A DNA stretch of 64,000 nt from the human T2T-CHM13v2.0 reference genome, Homo sapiens, in the NCBI RefSeq assembly GCF_009914755.1, contig NC_060926.1; one strand, 5' to 3'. The notes below the pieces were generated by a model, which was not told where the DNA came from, made no database searches, and saw nothing but the letters and a program-made list of their open reading frames with translations. Shown here piece by piece: positions 1-17,529 of the stretch; the stretch's first letter is position 1, and the number at the start of each line of letters is the position of its first letter. Both the position numbers and the translations under genes were made by a program.

Positions 1-263
1 TAAATAGAAATTTGGCTGACATTATTTTTCCTTGTGCACATTCAACATATGCTGTGAGCACAGTATGAAATGACACATTTTTATAGCTAGAAAAAAGTAT
101 TGGAGGCCATTTTTGTCACTATTGAATGCTTCATATATATTAGTGTTTAGAAAAGAGTTGTGTGATCCTTGAATCATTTTAAATCACATTTAAAAGTACG
201 CTATGTGGAAATGAAGGACATGACAGAAGTATAAGGAAAAAATTGTAAGAAAAGATAATTCTA

Positions 264-646
<383 letters not shown>

Positions 647-685
647 TTAATATTAAACATGTTTTTAGACATTATTTTCAAGTTC

Positions 686-1817
<1,132 letters not shown>

Positions 1818-2534
1818 CTCAGGCATCCTATTAAGAGAGTTAGTGAATGGAGTGATTATAACCTAAGATCAATCTTCATCCAGAAAGCATACCCAAGGGT
1901 TGCTAATGGAATTTCAACTAGAACAGGGGTTTTATGTTTTGCCGTGTTGACTCCAACTCTCTCTAGAGTGGCAAAGAAACAGAAAATACCAGGTCTGCCC
2001 AGACCTACAAGAATTGAATAGTTACAAGTTAGCAGAGCACATTCCAAATCACACAAAAAGGCTTACTCTAAATGCACCATGACTACTATCTGGGTTGGTT
2101 GCATTTTCCAAATCAGTTGTGTGGGGTTGGGAACCTTAAACTATCTAGTTTAAATTTAGATCAAGCTCCTATATCAAATTCCCACACTCCTCCCTTGATT
2201 CTAACCTCCCAGAATAACATTCTCTCTAATCCTTTGCTCTCCTTCCTGCTTATCTGCTTTCATTTGTTCTTATAGCCTAATCCACTTTATAAGATCTGTT
2301 CAGGCTCCCATCAGGGCTAATGCTTTAGTCTCCTCCTGGCTCTCTGCGATCTCCTGTTTTTAGCTCCAACAGCTGGGATCTCGAAGCCCTCACTTGTAGG
2401 CTCAGCCCTATGTTTATATTTGGGAACAACTCTTTGGCAGGGCTGGGAGAATTTAAAGAGTCTTAGGCCAGTATCTAGACAACTCAGCCTCAAGCCAGCC
2501 TGTCTACTGATGCCATTTTAACACTCTTCTTGTA

Positions 2535-2853
2535 TTTATTCAGCAATTACCATGCCCTACCACCCACCCCCTACCATATGCCAGGCACTGTGTGAAGTAT
2601 TGGAGAGACATCATACCAAGACACAGTCCTTACCTTGAGAGCCTTTAGGTTTAGAAAGTTAGATGGGCAAGTTAACCAATGACCAACCATGGCTGTGACA
2701 GGGGCATGCATGGGACTCTCGGAGCCCTGGGAGAGGCACCAACCTTGGGTTGGGGTGGGGGAGTGGTCAGAAAGGCTTCCCAGAAGAGTTGGTTTCTGTA
2801 TAAAGATGAAGGATGAGTAGGAGTTACCTAAGCACATAAGGAAGGAGAGAGAG

Positions 2854-2855
<2 letters not shown>
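2535..2855 (-). mobile_element. L2 LINE 3' fragment
   Basis: atgccaggcactgtg ... ggcttccca..gag motifs typical of antisense L2. Confidence 0.7.

Positions 2856-2856
<1 letters not shown>

Positions 2857-2900
<44 letters not shown>
2857..2900. repeat. (TG)n microsatellite, about 22 units
   Basis: Directly visible. Confidence 0.98.
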
Positions 2901-2902
<2 letters not shown>

Positions 2903-2959
2903 GCCAGAGGATACATGAAGCACAGCATCTTCCAGGAGCTCTTAAGTAGCTCTGTTTGG

Positions 2960-3210
2960 CAGCATAACATAGTAGTTAAGATCATGATCTCAAAGCCAGA
3001 CCACCTAAGTTTGAATTCTGACTGCTGCTATGTGACGTAGGGCAAGATACTGAATCTCTTTTTGCCTTAGTTTCTCCATCTGTAAAATAGGAATGATGAT
3101 AGAACCTGCCTTATAGGATTGTTGTGAGGAGTAATACACCTGATACATACAAGTGTTTAGATTGCCTAGAATAGTGCCTGGTATATAGCAAAATGATAAG
3201 GGTTTGTTAT
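2960..3210 (+). mobile_element. MIR SINE
   Basis: MIR core: gggcaag..ctgaatctct..agtttctccatctgtaaaataggaatgat. Confidence 0.85.
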
Positions 3211-3340
3211 TACTTAGGTATAGTATTACATGAAAAGTAGGGAGTGGCCAAAGAAAACTCTTGTGTGGCATGGTAAGAAGTTTGGATTTTAAAACCATTC
3301 ATTGAATCCCTATTGCCCTCAAGGTAATCAGGGCAGATAG

Positions 3341-3388
3341 CCTCAACATGAGTTTTGGCGGGGACAAACTGTATTCAAACCATCGCAG
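3341..3388 (-). mobile_element. MST/MaLR LTR 5'-end fragment
   Basis: caacatgagttttggcggggacaaac...attcaaaccatcgca is the antisense MST terminus. Confidence 0.55.
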
Positions 3389-3560
3389 AAGCTATAGGGC
3401 ATTATTAAGTTTATTCTCCCCTCCACCAAATTAGCATTATAATTATATTTGCAATCCAAAATTTGGGATGGTAATAAGTTTCCTTCCACCTAGGCTATGC
3501 ATTTAATTGTGTGGGAAGTATATAAACAAACTAACGCTCTTCAATACTTATTTTGAAGGC

Positions 3561-3870
3561 CGGCCAGAAGCAGTGGCTCACACCTGTAATCTCAGCACTT
3601 TGGGAGGCCAAGGCAGGCAGATCACTTGAGGTCAGGATTTTGAGACCAGCTTGGCCAAAGTGGTGAAACCCTGTCTCTACTAGAAATACAAAAATTAGCC
3701 AGGCGTGGTGGCACGTGCCTGTAATCCCAGTTACTTGAGAGGCTGAGGCAGGAGAATCACAGGAACCAGGAGGCAGAGGCTGCAGTGAGGTGAGAATATA
3801 CCACTGTACTCCACCCTGGGTGACAGAGCGAGATTCCATCTAAAACAAACAAACAAACAAACAAAAAAGA
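3561..3870 (+). mobile_element. AluS SINE with (AAAC)n tail
   Basis: Alu consensus. Confidence 0.96.
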
Positions 3871-4699
3871 AAGTCAAGCATGATAGGAAGGAAAAGACAG
3901 AAATGGTCAAAAGAATGTAACCTTCTGCATTAATGGTTCTGCTTTTCTATGGGAGTGGAATTCACATATTGCTTTGGGAAGGCAATATTCTTACCAAAAA
4001 TGATTTTCTATGTTTCTTGAACACCACATGATCTACAAGGGGATCTATTCTGTGACACTACTCTATTTGAATCATTAGTCAATACATTTTAACACAATGG
4101 AAGCTATAAAAACAGCATAAAAAGATCTGGAAGTTTCTCAGATATCCTGCCTTCTGAGATAAATGGCTTGTTATAAGGGAAAAATCTTGTTCCTATTTCT
4201 TAAGGTACAAATTAAACCACTGGGTTTTCATTTAAGTCCAGGGACTTTATTAACATGGCAAAATAGAAAAGAATTGCCCAAGGTAAAAGTCATATTGCCA
4301 CTGATTCATTGCAATTAGCTAATTGGCAAACTCTTTTTCCCCTTCCCATGGAAGAAAGAGAAGCCTGTGAGCTCGAGAGCCTTAGAGATCATTTTTCTAC
4401 AGATGAAGAATCTTGGATAATTTTTGCCAGTTCAGAATGATGAGGATTGCATATTTATAACATGTTACTCTAAGGCATCATTTCTTATTGTACAGATGAA
4501 AGAGAAGTGCTTTAAGTTTGCTTTTGTCTGACATCTAGAGTCAACCACTTTTTGTGTATATGATTCTAATTATAGCAAAAAACAATGTCAATATGTAGTC
4601 ATTCTTCTCCATGTGTAAATAAATCCTTTATTGAAAAAAATAGCTTTTCCCTGTTCTGCTTGAGAATGCTAATATGCAATGTCTGTTTTTTGTCTGCAG

Positions 4700-4970
4700 T
4701 TTTTTAAATTTAATTTTTAAATTGACAATAATCGTACGTACTCATGGGGGTACATAGTGATGTTTTCCTATGTATAATGTTTAGTGATTGGATCAGGGTA
4801 ATTAGTGAATCTATCATCTCAAATATTTATAATTTCTTTGTGTAGGGAACATCCAATATCCTCCTTCTGGCTATTTGAAACTATTAATGTATTATTGTTA
4901 ACTATAGTCATTCTACAGTGGTATAGAACACTAGAACTTATTTGTCCTATCTAGCTATAATTTTGTATCT
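4700..4970 (-). mobile_element. L1M (L1MA-like) 3' end fragment
   Basis: ggggtacatagtgatg...atctcaaatatttat...actagaacttatt typical of antisense L1MA 3' UTR. Confidence 0.8.
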
Positions 4971-5479
4971 GTTTGCAGTTGTTTTTTGAGACATTTTTCT
5001 AAACATCTGAATTTAAAATTATATCTGTCAAAACAAAAATACTTCTTTTATGTATTTTCCAAGTAATAAAACTGACTCAGAAAAAGAATACTGGCACCAG
5101 TTGGAAACTCCACTAGTTACAAAATCACACATAATTTGTGCAACCTTGAAGTCTGGAGCTGCTTGTGGAAACTCATGCCATCAGCCCTCCAACTCAATTA
5201 AGTACAGATTTGTTAACATCACTGCTGGCTGTGTAACCTCAGTGGATGCAGGCAAAGAAATATAAGGAAGCTGTGGTAACAGACAGATGTGCTACTCTAG
5301 ACTTCTCATCATTTGATATTCACTCCTTTGAAGTAAAATATTTTATTTCAGGAGTGGCAGATTAAAATGCAGGAGCCTCTGGATGAAATGCAACATTGGA
5401 CCATTGTCTGCTGTTAGCACCTTAGGAATAAGCAATTCATTCATTTTGGGAAACGTTAGGAGACCTAAGCACAGGAGGC

Positions 5480-5640
5480 CACTGATACAGTAGAAAGAGT
5501 TGGCCAGGAGACTAAGGGCATCAAAACTCTAATTACCACTCTACTAATAGCTAGTTGTGTGACTTTGAGCAAATCACTCCCCTTACCCAGCCTGTCTTTA
5601 CACATTGGTAGAATGAGGATATTGTTCCACTCCAAATTTC
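5480..5640 (+). mobile_element. MIR fragment
   Basis: gttgtgtgactttgagcaaatcac core. Confidence 0.6.
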
Positions 5641-6041
5641 CACATCTCTACTAAGGAAGAGCAGGCACAGTGAGGTAAACTGGGCAAGTGTAACAATGAG
5701 TCTTGCTGTCCTGACATTTTTGTCTCTGCAAAGGGAGAATGCTTGAAGGCCTGCTCCCAAAGCAACTCTCTAACTCCTACTCAGCTCTGTGCCTAGTCTT
5801 GGGTTGCCTCAGGTGATTGGTGGTTCCTGATCAAGGAGCAAAATCCCTGCAGTTAGATTTGCTTCACTTTGAGCCCCACCTAGCCTGGCTTGTACTCAGC
5901 TTTTAAATTTTTAAAAACATATCTGTGAACCTACCCTTTAATGACACTCTGTTCTTTGAGCATGAAATAGCCCAAAATGCCTCAATTTTATCTGCTCTAT
6001 GGGGCTCTACATCCCTGATTTCCTCTCTCCTTTCTTTTCAG

Positions 6042-6121
6042 AGTGGAACAAAATTGCCCTTTAAAGGGAGCATTGAGTTTACCAGAGGCTGATTCTGATT
6101 CACTCAGGACCCCTTCCAATG
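6042..6121 (+). other. Candidate internal exon (unverified)
   Basis: Strong acceptor ttcctctctcctttcttttcag; weak donor ATG|gtagag; one open frame VEQNCPLKGALSLPEADSDSLRTPSN. Confidence 0.25.
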
Positions 6122-6603
6122 GTAGAGCCAGTTTATCCAACCACCATCCCTGGCCCTTAAAAAACCAGCTAGCCTCCTTAAGAAATCCAGATACTGTGTT
6201 CGTTCTGATTTATGAAAATCATTAGGCAAAATGTAAATTAAACACCTTTTCTGACACTTCACGTCATGATCAGAAAGAAGCCAGGCCTATTGCCTCTGTC
6301 CGTTCACCAGTGTGCTCCATGGGAGAAAACAAACAAGTACAGAATTCGTATTGGAACAGAGTTTTTGTTCTTAATCAAAGCAGCAATAGGGTAAAACAGA
6401 TTTGCAGAGCTTGGAGAACTGTAGACCCAAGCTGCCCCAGCTTTTTTCAGATTAAAAAAAATAATAAGTGAACAAGGCAAATAATATAAGTAGATGAAGA
6501 TGTGCAAAGACCTCTTTTTATATCCTTCCAGACGTTTTCAGTCCATAAAAACATCCAACACATGTACTCACATTTTTTTTTCTATTCCTCTCTCTCTCTA
6601 TAA

Positions 6604-6941
<338 letters not shown>

Positions 6942-7356
6942 CACTTTTTATTTCTTAGTTGGATAAGTCAGAGAGCATAAATAAGAAGCCACACTTTTTA
7001 GACAGTCTCTTTATAAGATTAGCTTTGGATAGAATACAGATCTCCTTCTAAGCAAAGACCCCTTTTTGTGCTTCTTGGGGAAGTAACAGGAACAGTCTCT
7101 GTTGGCAAACCTTCCCTATGCTGTGAAATCGACATGATATCTGGTGCAGTTGCATGTATTACCTGTGCTTGGCATTTGTTAATTGGTGGTAATTAACATG
7201 TTTCATTTTTGAGGAAAGAAGTGAGTTACTGAGAGATCAAGCCACAGGATGGTGGGAGTAGGCCAAGATCCAGTGCTTGACTGTTGAACTTGCTTTTTGG
7301 TCATTGACTGTTTCTCATTATTTCAAGGACAGTTATTACCATTACCATTAAAATAG

Positions 7357-7419
7357 CTGGTTTCAAGCTGGCAGGTGTTAAGTACAGACTAAAAGACCGA
7401 CAAATCTCAAGACACAAAG
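7357..7419 (+). other. Candidate internal exon (unverified)
   Basis: Consensus donor AAG|gtaagt at 7419/7420; open frame GFKLAGVKYRLKDRQISRHK; acceptor ambiguous (7328, 7357 or 7375). Confidence 0.25.
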
Positions 7420-8389
7420 GTAAGTCTAAAACACAGGAGATGAAAAGAAGTCCATGTCAGTAAGTCAAAAATAAACCATGATTATTATTGTTGGTATTCT
7501 GATGACCCAACTGAAATGAAATAAGAATTACATTGTCATTAATTTACATACTGAAATTAATGGAAAACAGTTCTTCATAGGCTTGTTCCTCAGGATGAGC
7601 AAAACTGCAATTTTATGCAAGATCATTCTCTATTCCTAAGTGCCTCTTCTGTAATTCCAGGAAGATGTGATTTGCAGTGCAGTGAGCAATAGCAATCACT
7701 CCTTTCTCCTATGGGCTGGAGCTAATGCTCGTTCTCACCTTGCTCCTCACTAAGACATGCAGCAGACATCAATCATCATTACTGCACAGCCTGTCTGCAT
7801 CCTTAATTAGGAAATAACACACAATAGAGCTTAGTGGCAGAGTATGCAATATTATGCATTTTTTGGACTATTTGTGGTAAAAAGCAATCCCAGATAAATT
7901 GCACAATGGCTTTGTGCATCACAAAGTGTGAGCTCAGGGCATCACAAGGTCTTAGGAAGCCAAAACCATTTGTCTGGTAGAATTTCAAGAATCTAATTGA
8001 ACATAACTTGTTTGCTTAAGCAATTAGCAATTATCTTTTGAGTATAAATAAGGATGTTTCCAGGGTTATCCCTCATATTTTTTATGGTAATTTTCCAAGT
8101 TGGTTTACCTTGTTGTGGTTGCCTCTTGCTGTCTCCTTGGCTGTTTATTTGGCATTTGATGCAATTTGCTGTTGATGGTTCCAGTAAAATTAGAGAGTAT
8201 GACTGGATGGGAAAATACCATGATTTATCATATTGCTTATATCATATTTAACATATTGTTGACTTGTTGCTTTGTTGTTTCATTTTATTGTCATGCCTCA
8301 TTTTGGCTATCCTTGGGCAACAAAGAATGGTGGAAGTTATTCTGATTTAAGGAAAATACAGGCATTTAAAACTGCAGCAGGGAAAGGAA

Positions 8390-8830
8390 AGGGAGCTAAC
8401 ATTTACTGAGCACCTACCATGTTCCAGGCAATATTCCAGGAACATTTTCTTGTTTTAACCTCACAACATACCTGTGAGATACATTATTATCTCTATAACG
8501 AATGAAGAAAATTTGGATAATATAACTGCTTAATGTCACACAGCTCTAAAGTGGTGGAACCAGGATTGGAACCCAAATTTATCTAACTCCTATAATTCCG
8601 CTTCTTCAAATAGTAATGGTACCTTATATTTGTGCAGAGCTCTATAGTTTTCAAAGCAGTTACCCACATGTTATCACCTTCTGTTTCCAAACAACTCTGT
8701 GAGGTATGCGTTATTATGAAACTTTACAGACCAGGAGAAATGATGTGTTCATGGTCAAACACAGAATAAATAGAGGACTAGGACTTGAAGATTTATGAAC
8801 TTTTCACATGATACCACTGAAGCCTTGGGA
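8390..8830 (-). mobile_element. Two MIR fragments
   Basis: gctaacatttactgagcacctac...gtcacacagct...ggattggaaccca, followed by a second more decayed copy. Confidence 0.75.
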
Positions 8831-9429
8831 CAAACCAATTGCTATTTTAAAGAATGCAAATTATCTTGTACCATGTTTTCTATTACCAATAACTATATAT
8901 ATATCTATATTCTGTGTACATGGGAAAATAATTTGTTAAGAATCACGGCTTCAGACATAGATGTTGTTATACAATTAAAACGATGGTTAAAATAGTAAGC
9001 AGTGAATGGTGATTCAAAACCTAGGCTAAGATTAGATTAGAAAACCTAGGTTAAGAAGCACGTTAGTGCTTGGTGTTCAATTACCTTTCTCTAAATCTGT
9101 ACTCAAGGCCAACCCTAAAAAAAAAAAAAAGATAGTAAACAACAGGTCCCAGTTAGTTATCTCTGGTTTTGTCCATTTTGTTCACAAACTGTATTGGTCT
9201 GATTATTGGTAGTATTATCTGATCTGTGTGCATCTGGTCCAGATAAAGGTAGCTATTGACCAAGAAAAGAGATACCTTCTTACTGTAGCATTGATGATGC
9301 TACCAGATGCTTTTCAGTCTTGTTTAATAAAGGACTGTCTTGCCCAAGGAGAGGACTCATTAAAAGTTGAAAGTGGAGTGGGGACAAAGTTGGAGGAGCA
9401 AGAGGAAATAGGTTATCATAATGAATGCA

Positions 9430-9688
9430 AGCTGGAGTGCACTGGCACCTTCTCGGCTCACTGAAACCTCCGCCTCCCAGGTTCGAGCGATTCTTCTGCC
9501 TCAGCCCCTGCTAGTAGTTGGGATTACAGGTGCGCGGTACCACGCCTGGCCAATTTTTGTATTTTTAGTAGAGATGGGGTTTCACCATGTTGGCCAGGCT
9601 GGTCTCAAACTCCTGACCTCAGGTGATTCACCCACTTTGGCCTCCCAAACTGCTGGGATTACAGGCGTGAGCCCCTCTCTACTGGCCG
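9430..9688 (-). mobile_element. AluS SINE lacking its 3' end and A tail
   Basis: Begins abruptly at gctggagtgca with no T-run upstream. Confidence 0.92.
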
Positions 9689-9959
9689 CTGTCTACTTTT
9701 TCTTAGTTTCACTTTCTAATCCCCTTCTCTTTTATTCCCTCGTCCCCCTCACAAAGATGCTTATCTAATAAACGCATTGACACCGAGGTGTGAATGACTG
9801 CTCTGCTTACCTCTTCAAAGAGAAATATATTACACAATCAGGCCTCTGAGTGGTAGAATGTCTCTGAGAGGTTCTTTTGGATAGGAGCAGTTTCTGTTGT
9901 TCTTTGATTGTTTCAAGCAGCCACTTCCCTAAGTTTATTCATATTCCCCTCAAAATACT

Positions 9960-10090
9960 CCGTTCAATATGCTTTCAGCGACAAGTATTTATTGGGCACA
10001 ATTTGTGATGGGCACTGTGCCAAATGCTGGGGACATGTTAGTGAGAAAACAGACATGTTCTCTCACAGAATATAAACTCCCGGAAGACAG
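9960..10090 (-). mobile_element. L2 3' fragment
   Basis: caagtatttattgggc...ggcactgtgc..atgctgggga. Confidence 0.65.
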
Positions 10091-10279
10091 GGACCATAAT
10101 GTATGGAGCTAGCATTGTTTTATACCAGCCACAGCCATCTTCTCACTTTGGCAAATGGCTCTATACTCCCTTGGGCTCAGCAAAAACAAAAACTAATAGC
10201 ATGTATATGGGTTGTGGGTTCACAGATGGAATAATTCAAACCATGGATAGGGTATCTACAACGGATACGATGTTGCAGC

Positions 10280-10385
10280 CTCTCTCCCTCCCTTCTTTTC
10301 TTGTCTTCATTCCTTCCTTTCCTCCTTTCCCCATTCTTCTTTTCCTTCCTTTATTCCCTTCCTTCTCTTCTTTCCCTCTTTCCCC
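10280..10385. repeat. CT-rich low-complexity polypyrimidine tract
   Basis: About 100 nt almost entirely C/T. Confidence 0.9.
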
Positions 10386-10429
10386 TGTTACCACCCCTAT
10401 TATTCTTGAGGACTGAGATAGATTTACAG

Positions 10430-10600
10430 CAATCAGGGAAGACCTTCATGTTGGGTCTAGACACACATCATAGACCTTGCCATTTGCCAGCTGTGTGCCT
10501 CTGAGTTTCATTTGCTCCTCATGTCACATGAGGACACTTAATAGCTACCTGCAAGTATGCACTATGGGTACAGAATAGGTGCACGGTAAATGGAACTCTT
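10430..10600 (+). mobile_element. MIR fragment
   Basis: gctgtgtgcctctgagtttc...aatagctacct...aataggtgcac. Confidence 0.55.
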
Positions 10601-10836
10601 ATAATTAGATTTAGAATGCCTCATCAAATAATTAATTACTTTTATAATACTGAAGATGTTTTCTTAAGGCATTATTTATAAAAAGATAATATTTATAATA
10701 ATAATTCTGCACATTTCCAATTGCAGTGTATTACTTGTAGGACTTTCTTTAGCCTATTTATAACTTAGATGTTTTTTACCATCCTAGGTAGGGTCCTCAT
10801 ATTCGATTAGCTCAACTAAGCAGTTGAAAAGCCTAT

Positions 10837-11201
<365 letters not shown>

Positions 11202-11284
11202 TCAAGTCTTGATAGTCAAGTTGGATACTTCCACTTGAGGTTAAAACAAAACAAAATCTGATAACTATAAAATAGAATAAAAGC

Positions 11285-11580
11285 GGGGCATGGTGGTCCA
11301 TGCCTGTAATCCCAACATTTTGGGAGGGTCACTTGAGGCCAGGAGTTCGAGACCAGCCAGGCCAACATGGCAAAACCTCATCTCTACTAAAAATACAAAA
11401 CATTAGCCCAGTATGGTGGCATGTGTCAGTAGTCCCAGCTACTAGGGAGGCTGGGAAGAATCGCTTGGGAAGCGGAGGTTTGCAGTGAGCCAAGATTGGT
11501 CACTGCACTCCAGCCTGGGCAACAGAGTGAGACTCTGTCTCAAATAAATAAGTAAAATAGTAAAATAAAATATAATAAAA
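11285..11580 (+). mobile_element. AluS SINE with internal deletions
   Basis: Alu consensus. Confidence 0.93.
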
Positions 11581-12029
11581 GATTATGATGAATATAGCAC
11601 ATAAATTGACTTTAAAAACAAATCAGAAGTAGAATTCTGAAATAACTTTAGGCAATGCCAACATCATTGGAATGACACTGCTTTCCAAGGTAACTGCTTT
11701 AGAAATTTAACTTCTAATTCATTTATGAAAATGCAGTCTTGTAACTTATTAATGACAGTTCATGCCAACATGGTCTAAGAAAGAAATTCCAAGAACTTAA
11801 GCACTGTACTCTTGACAATTCAGGTACATTTTTACTCCAGTGCTTAGTATGATGCCAAGCATTTTGTGGCAACTGAATAAATAGGAGACAATGATGATGC
11901 CTGGCTTTGATATCAGTGGAGGTGACAATGTAAGAAGAGTTGGCAAGACATTAGTGACTGTGTACTGGCTGCTTCAAGATTGCTGGCATTGCCTTAGAAA
12001 GAATGAATGAAATTGCTGCTTACTGGTAG

Positions 12030-12372
<343 letters not shown>

Positions 12373-12406
12373 TAAAACACGTGCCTCGTGCTTGTTTATG
12401 ACACAG

Positions 12407-12489
12407 CTTATGGAAATTATGTAGTAACGCCACTGTACGCAGAAGAACAGCCCCTGACAATGAAGAAGCCTGGCACAGGACAAACATGA
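12407..12489 (+). other. Candidate terminal coding exon (unverified)
   Basis: Acceptor cttgtttatgacacag; frame YGNYVVTPLYAEEQPLTMKKPGTGQT then TGA at 12487-12489. Confidence 0.25.
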
Positions 12490-12645
12490 AGTGGCTCCTT
12501 ATAAGGAAAGAAAGTCTTAAGAGACCACGCTAATAGTATCAATGATGGTTAACCCAAGGGGAGGACTCACAGATGGTTGACCTGCAAGGTATAGTCAAAC
12601 CACCAAGGACTTTCTACTCTCATTTATAACTTTGGAAGCATTTGG

Positions 12646-12966
12646 GTTTTTTTGTGTTTTTGTGTGTGTGTTTTTTTGAGACAGAGTCTTGCTCTGTCAT
12701 CCAGGCTGGAGTGCAGTGGTGCGATCTTGGCTCACTGCAACATCAGCCTCCTGGGTTCTCCTGTCTCAGTGACTCTCCTGTCTCAGCCTCCTGAGTAGCT
12801 GGGATTACAGGCACCTGCCACCACACCCAGCTAATTTTTGTATTTTTGGTAGAGATGGGGTTTCACCATGTTAGCCAGCTGGTCTCGAACTCCTGACCTT
12901 AGGTGATCCACCTGCCTTGCCCTCCCAAAGTGTTGGGATTACAGGCATGAGCCACAGCGCCCAGCC
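12646..12966 (-). mobile_element. AluS SINE
   Basis: Antisense Alu with small internal duplication tctcctgtctcag. Confidence 0.95.
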
Positions 12967-12991
12967 TATATTTTTATACCAAGGTATATTA

Positions 12992-13800
<809 letters not shown>

Positions 13801-14040
13801 GTAGCACTCTTTCAGGGCGAAATCTATTTTCAGCCAATGTTAAACAATTGGCGAATGTCCAAACACTAAATTAGCTTGAGATGTTGTCCGCCATTAAATG
13901 TGAACCAAATTTGGGTTGTAAATGCATTTTTAATTCTGTAGCTGTAGCGTTCCTGATTGACTTAACAAATTAAACTTTTCACAGATGAATGGTGTTGGTA
14001 ATATGTGTTAGCTTTATATTGTCCACTAGCCAGACATTTA

Positions 14041-14536
<496 letters not shown>

Positions 14537-15359
14537 TCAGCAATATGAGACCAGTGGAATGATTTGTTGAAATTTTCTTAAACCTCTGTCTGTGGCAGAA
14601 TGCAGGTTAGTGCAAGCTTCTTTTCAGTTCCCCAGGCTACGATAAACCCAACATCTGCTGTCTTCCTCGTGGTGGATTTAAAGCCATGCATTTGGCACTA
14701 GAATGCAGACCAGGAAATCAGAGAGCTTGACCATGTTGCCTTCCATGATGGTGCTGGTTCTGTTATCAAACAAAATAAAAAAAAACAAAAACCCTTAAAC
14801 TCAAAAATTGTTGCGTGTGCTTAGTTAAGTCCAGGCAACACCAACCCCAGGCTGGTGAAGCGATCAGCGAAAGCAGGAGCGGGTGCACAATTGCAATGAT
14901 GATTCATCCTCAGAGGTGCATGCTTTCACTGAATTAAAGTTGCAGTGTTTTGAACGTAGCTTTTACCAACACAGAGCTTCCATAACCAAGTGTGGGAGTA
15001 ATAACAGGACAAGCAGATTATAAGGAACTTGAGAAGGGATTCCACTACTGAGGAAGCAAACCAAGGGAATAGCTTTTACACGAGACATGAATTTTTCCCC
15101 ACACATTTGTGTCCCTTCCAAATATAGATTTTTTTTTCATGTGGTACCAATGACTGAAAATGTGGGCCACACACACACACAATAAATTCAGTGTAGCGAG
15201 CACTCCGCATGTTATAGTATTACTTAGAATGTTTCTTTGGTTGTTTTCCCCAGAGTATTGAGGTGACGTATAATTTTTAGCTCAGTGTTGCTGATTGTAG
15301 ATGGCAAACGATAGTGGGAGATGTGAATAAATATATCAAATAATGCTTACTTTTACCTT

Positions 15360-16140
15360 TTTAACTAAATATACGTACCATGTATGAGACTCTGAGCTAG
15401 ACTCTGCAGGGTGTACGAAATTGAGTAGAGCATAGTCTTTTTCTTAAGGAGCTTATATCTGGTAGGGAACATAAGATAAAGGCAGTTGACTGGATTACAA
15501 GGGAGGCTATGTGCCATGCCAGGTAGATATGTTCCACACCATAAGTGAGCCTGCAGGCCATACACCATGGGGACTTGAAGCAGAAGAATGTCCAGGAAAT
15601 GTTAAATGGAGGAAATAGGTGTGTGTCTTCAAAAATCTGGGTGCTGGGAAGATGGTGGCCCCATTCATGGAAATAGGGAAGTTGGGAGGAAGAGCATGTT
15701 TGCCTGTGAATGCGTCAAGTTTGGGATTTCAGTGAAATATGGTGGGTATAACGTCTTGGAGGTAGGTGAAATCTTGTCTAGAGAGAATTTGAGACTGGGA
15801 ATGTGGATAGACATGCAGGGATAATAGTAGAAGTTGTGGAAGGGGTGAGATCACCAAGAAAAACTACATAGAGAGAAAAAGAGCACTGGAAACCTTTAGG
15901 GAAAACCCAATTTTAGAGCACAGGAGAAAGAAGGGGAAGTGATAAGATCCTGAATTAATGGTTTGAGTAGTAGGAGAAACTGGAGCGTGCAGTGCAGTGT
16001 AGCATTTAAGAGAGGATTTCAGGAAGAAGTTGAGCAACACTGAGGACTGCAATTGAAAGCTCGAAGGAGGATGAGGACAGAAGAAAATGGGATTTAGTGA
16101 TTAGAAGGAGATTGATAAGAGAGCGATTGATAGGGGTAAA
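15360..16140 (-). mobile_element. L2 fragment(s)
   Basis: ggagcttatatctggtaggga...gagatcaccaag...ggatttagtgattagaagg motifs. Confidence 0.7.
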
Positions 16141-16302
16141 AACTAGATTAATTATTAAACATTTGCTGAAGTATACAAAACAAATGACACAAAGATCACA
16201 GTTTTTCCTGTTAGGACAACTGCTCTGTGCTTTAATGTCAGGGAAATAATGCAACAGCAAGAGAAAATTATTCCATAATGGATTAAGCATTAAAACATTG
16301 CC

Positions 16303-16574
16303 GGCCGGGTTCACGCCTGTAATTACAGCAGTTTGGGAGGCCAAGGTGGGCGGTTCATGCGGTCAGGAGTTCGAGACCAGTCTGGCCAACATAGTGAAAC
16401 CCCGTCTCTACTAAAAATACAAAACATTAGCCGGGTGTGGTGGTGTGTGCCTGTAATCCCAGCTACCTAGGAGGCTGAGGCAGGAGAATCACATGAACCT
16501 GGGAGGCGTAGGTTGCAGTGAGCCGAGATGGTGCCATTGCACTCCTGCCTGGGCGAGAGGGTGAAACTCTGTCT

Positions 16575-16623
<49 letters not shown>
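16303..16623 (+). mobile_element. AluS SINE whose tail is a (CA)n microsatellite
   Basis: Alu consensus followed by about 23 CA units (16578-16623). Confidence 0.95.
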
Positions 16624-16627
<4 letters not shown>

Positions 16628-16907
16628 CATTTGGGGAGGTTACCTGAGTCTTTCTCACACATGCTAATGTAAACCCTTCTTTGAGATAATGGAGTGGCTG
16701 GTCTTCACACTTGCTATTCACACTTTTTAATACAAGGGAATAGCAACCAGGTATCACTAGGCACCAGAAGTGGTGGATGTCTGGAGTAGATCAGGAAACA
16801 TAGCAGAGAAGATTCCACTTCAAAGGGTTTAGTATGAAGCTACTTTAGTCATTGATTTTTCTGTCTTGGAGTGCCAATTTCTCCTCCTGACTTGTACACT
16901 TCTCTTT

Positions 16908-17334
16908 TTTAAAAAATTTTTGTCTTTCTTTTTTTTCTTTAGTTCTTCTGAAACAAAAAAAAGGGATACATGTGCAGAACGCGCAAGTTTGTTACATAGG
17001 TATACACGTGCCATGGTGATTTGCTGCATCTATTGACCTGTCCTCTAAGTTCCCTCCCCTCACCCCTCACCCGCTATCCCTCAACAGACCCTGATGTGTG
17101 CTGTTCTCCTCTCTCTGTCCATGTATTCTCATTGTTCAACTCCCACTTATGAGTGAGAACATGCGGTGTTTGGTTTTCTGTTCCTGTGTCAGTTTGCTGA
17201 GGATGATGGCTTCCAGCTTCATCCATGTCCCTGCAAAGGATATGATCTCATTCCTTTTTATGGCTGCATAGTATTCCATGGCATATACCACATTCTTTAT
17301 CCAGTCTATCATTGATGGGCATTTGGGTTGGTGT
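16908..17334 (-). mobile_element. 5'-truncated L1PA 3' end
   Basis: gggatacatgtgcagaac...tcccacttatgagtgagaacatgcgg; TSD cacttctcttt at 16897-16907 and 17335-17345. Confidence 0.92.
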
Positions 17335-17529
17335 CACTTCTCTTTGGACTCCAAGCATTTGTCTTTGATGGTGTTTTTGAGTGGTTACAGATGAAACAAT
17401 GGGACTATCGCTACAAAATTGTATGACAAACCTTCCTCTTGCCTTCTTCAGTAGAATTAACTAGCTGATGATTATGGAAACAAAAGAAGATTGCAACAAT
17501 AATATATTTTATTTCTTTTTTTAAAAGTT

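Noticed and set aside
5050-5265. 71-aa plus-strand ORF behind a possible acceptor (tgtattttccaag)
   Set aside because: No convincing donor, no recognisable domain, and length within chance expectation
14590-14759. Minus-strand acceptor followed by TSTIMEGNMVKLSDFLVCILVPNAWL-stop
   Set aside because: Phase does not follow the 22148 donor; no supporting donor or poly(A) evidence
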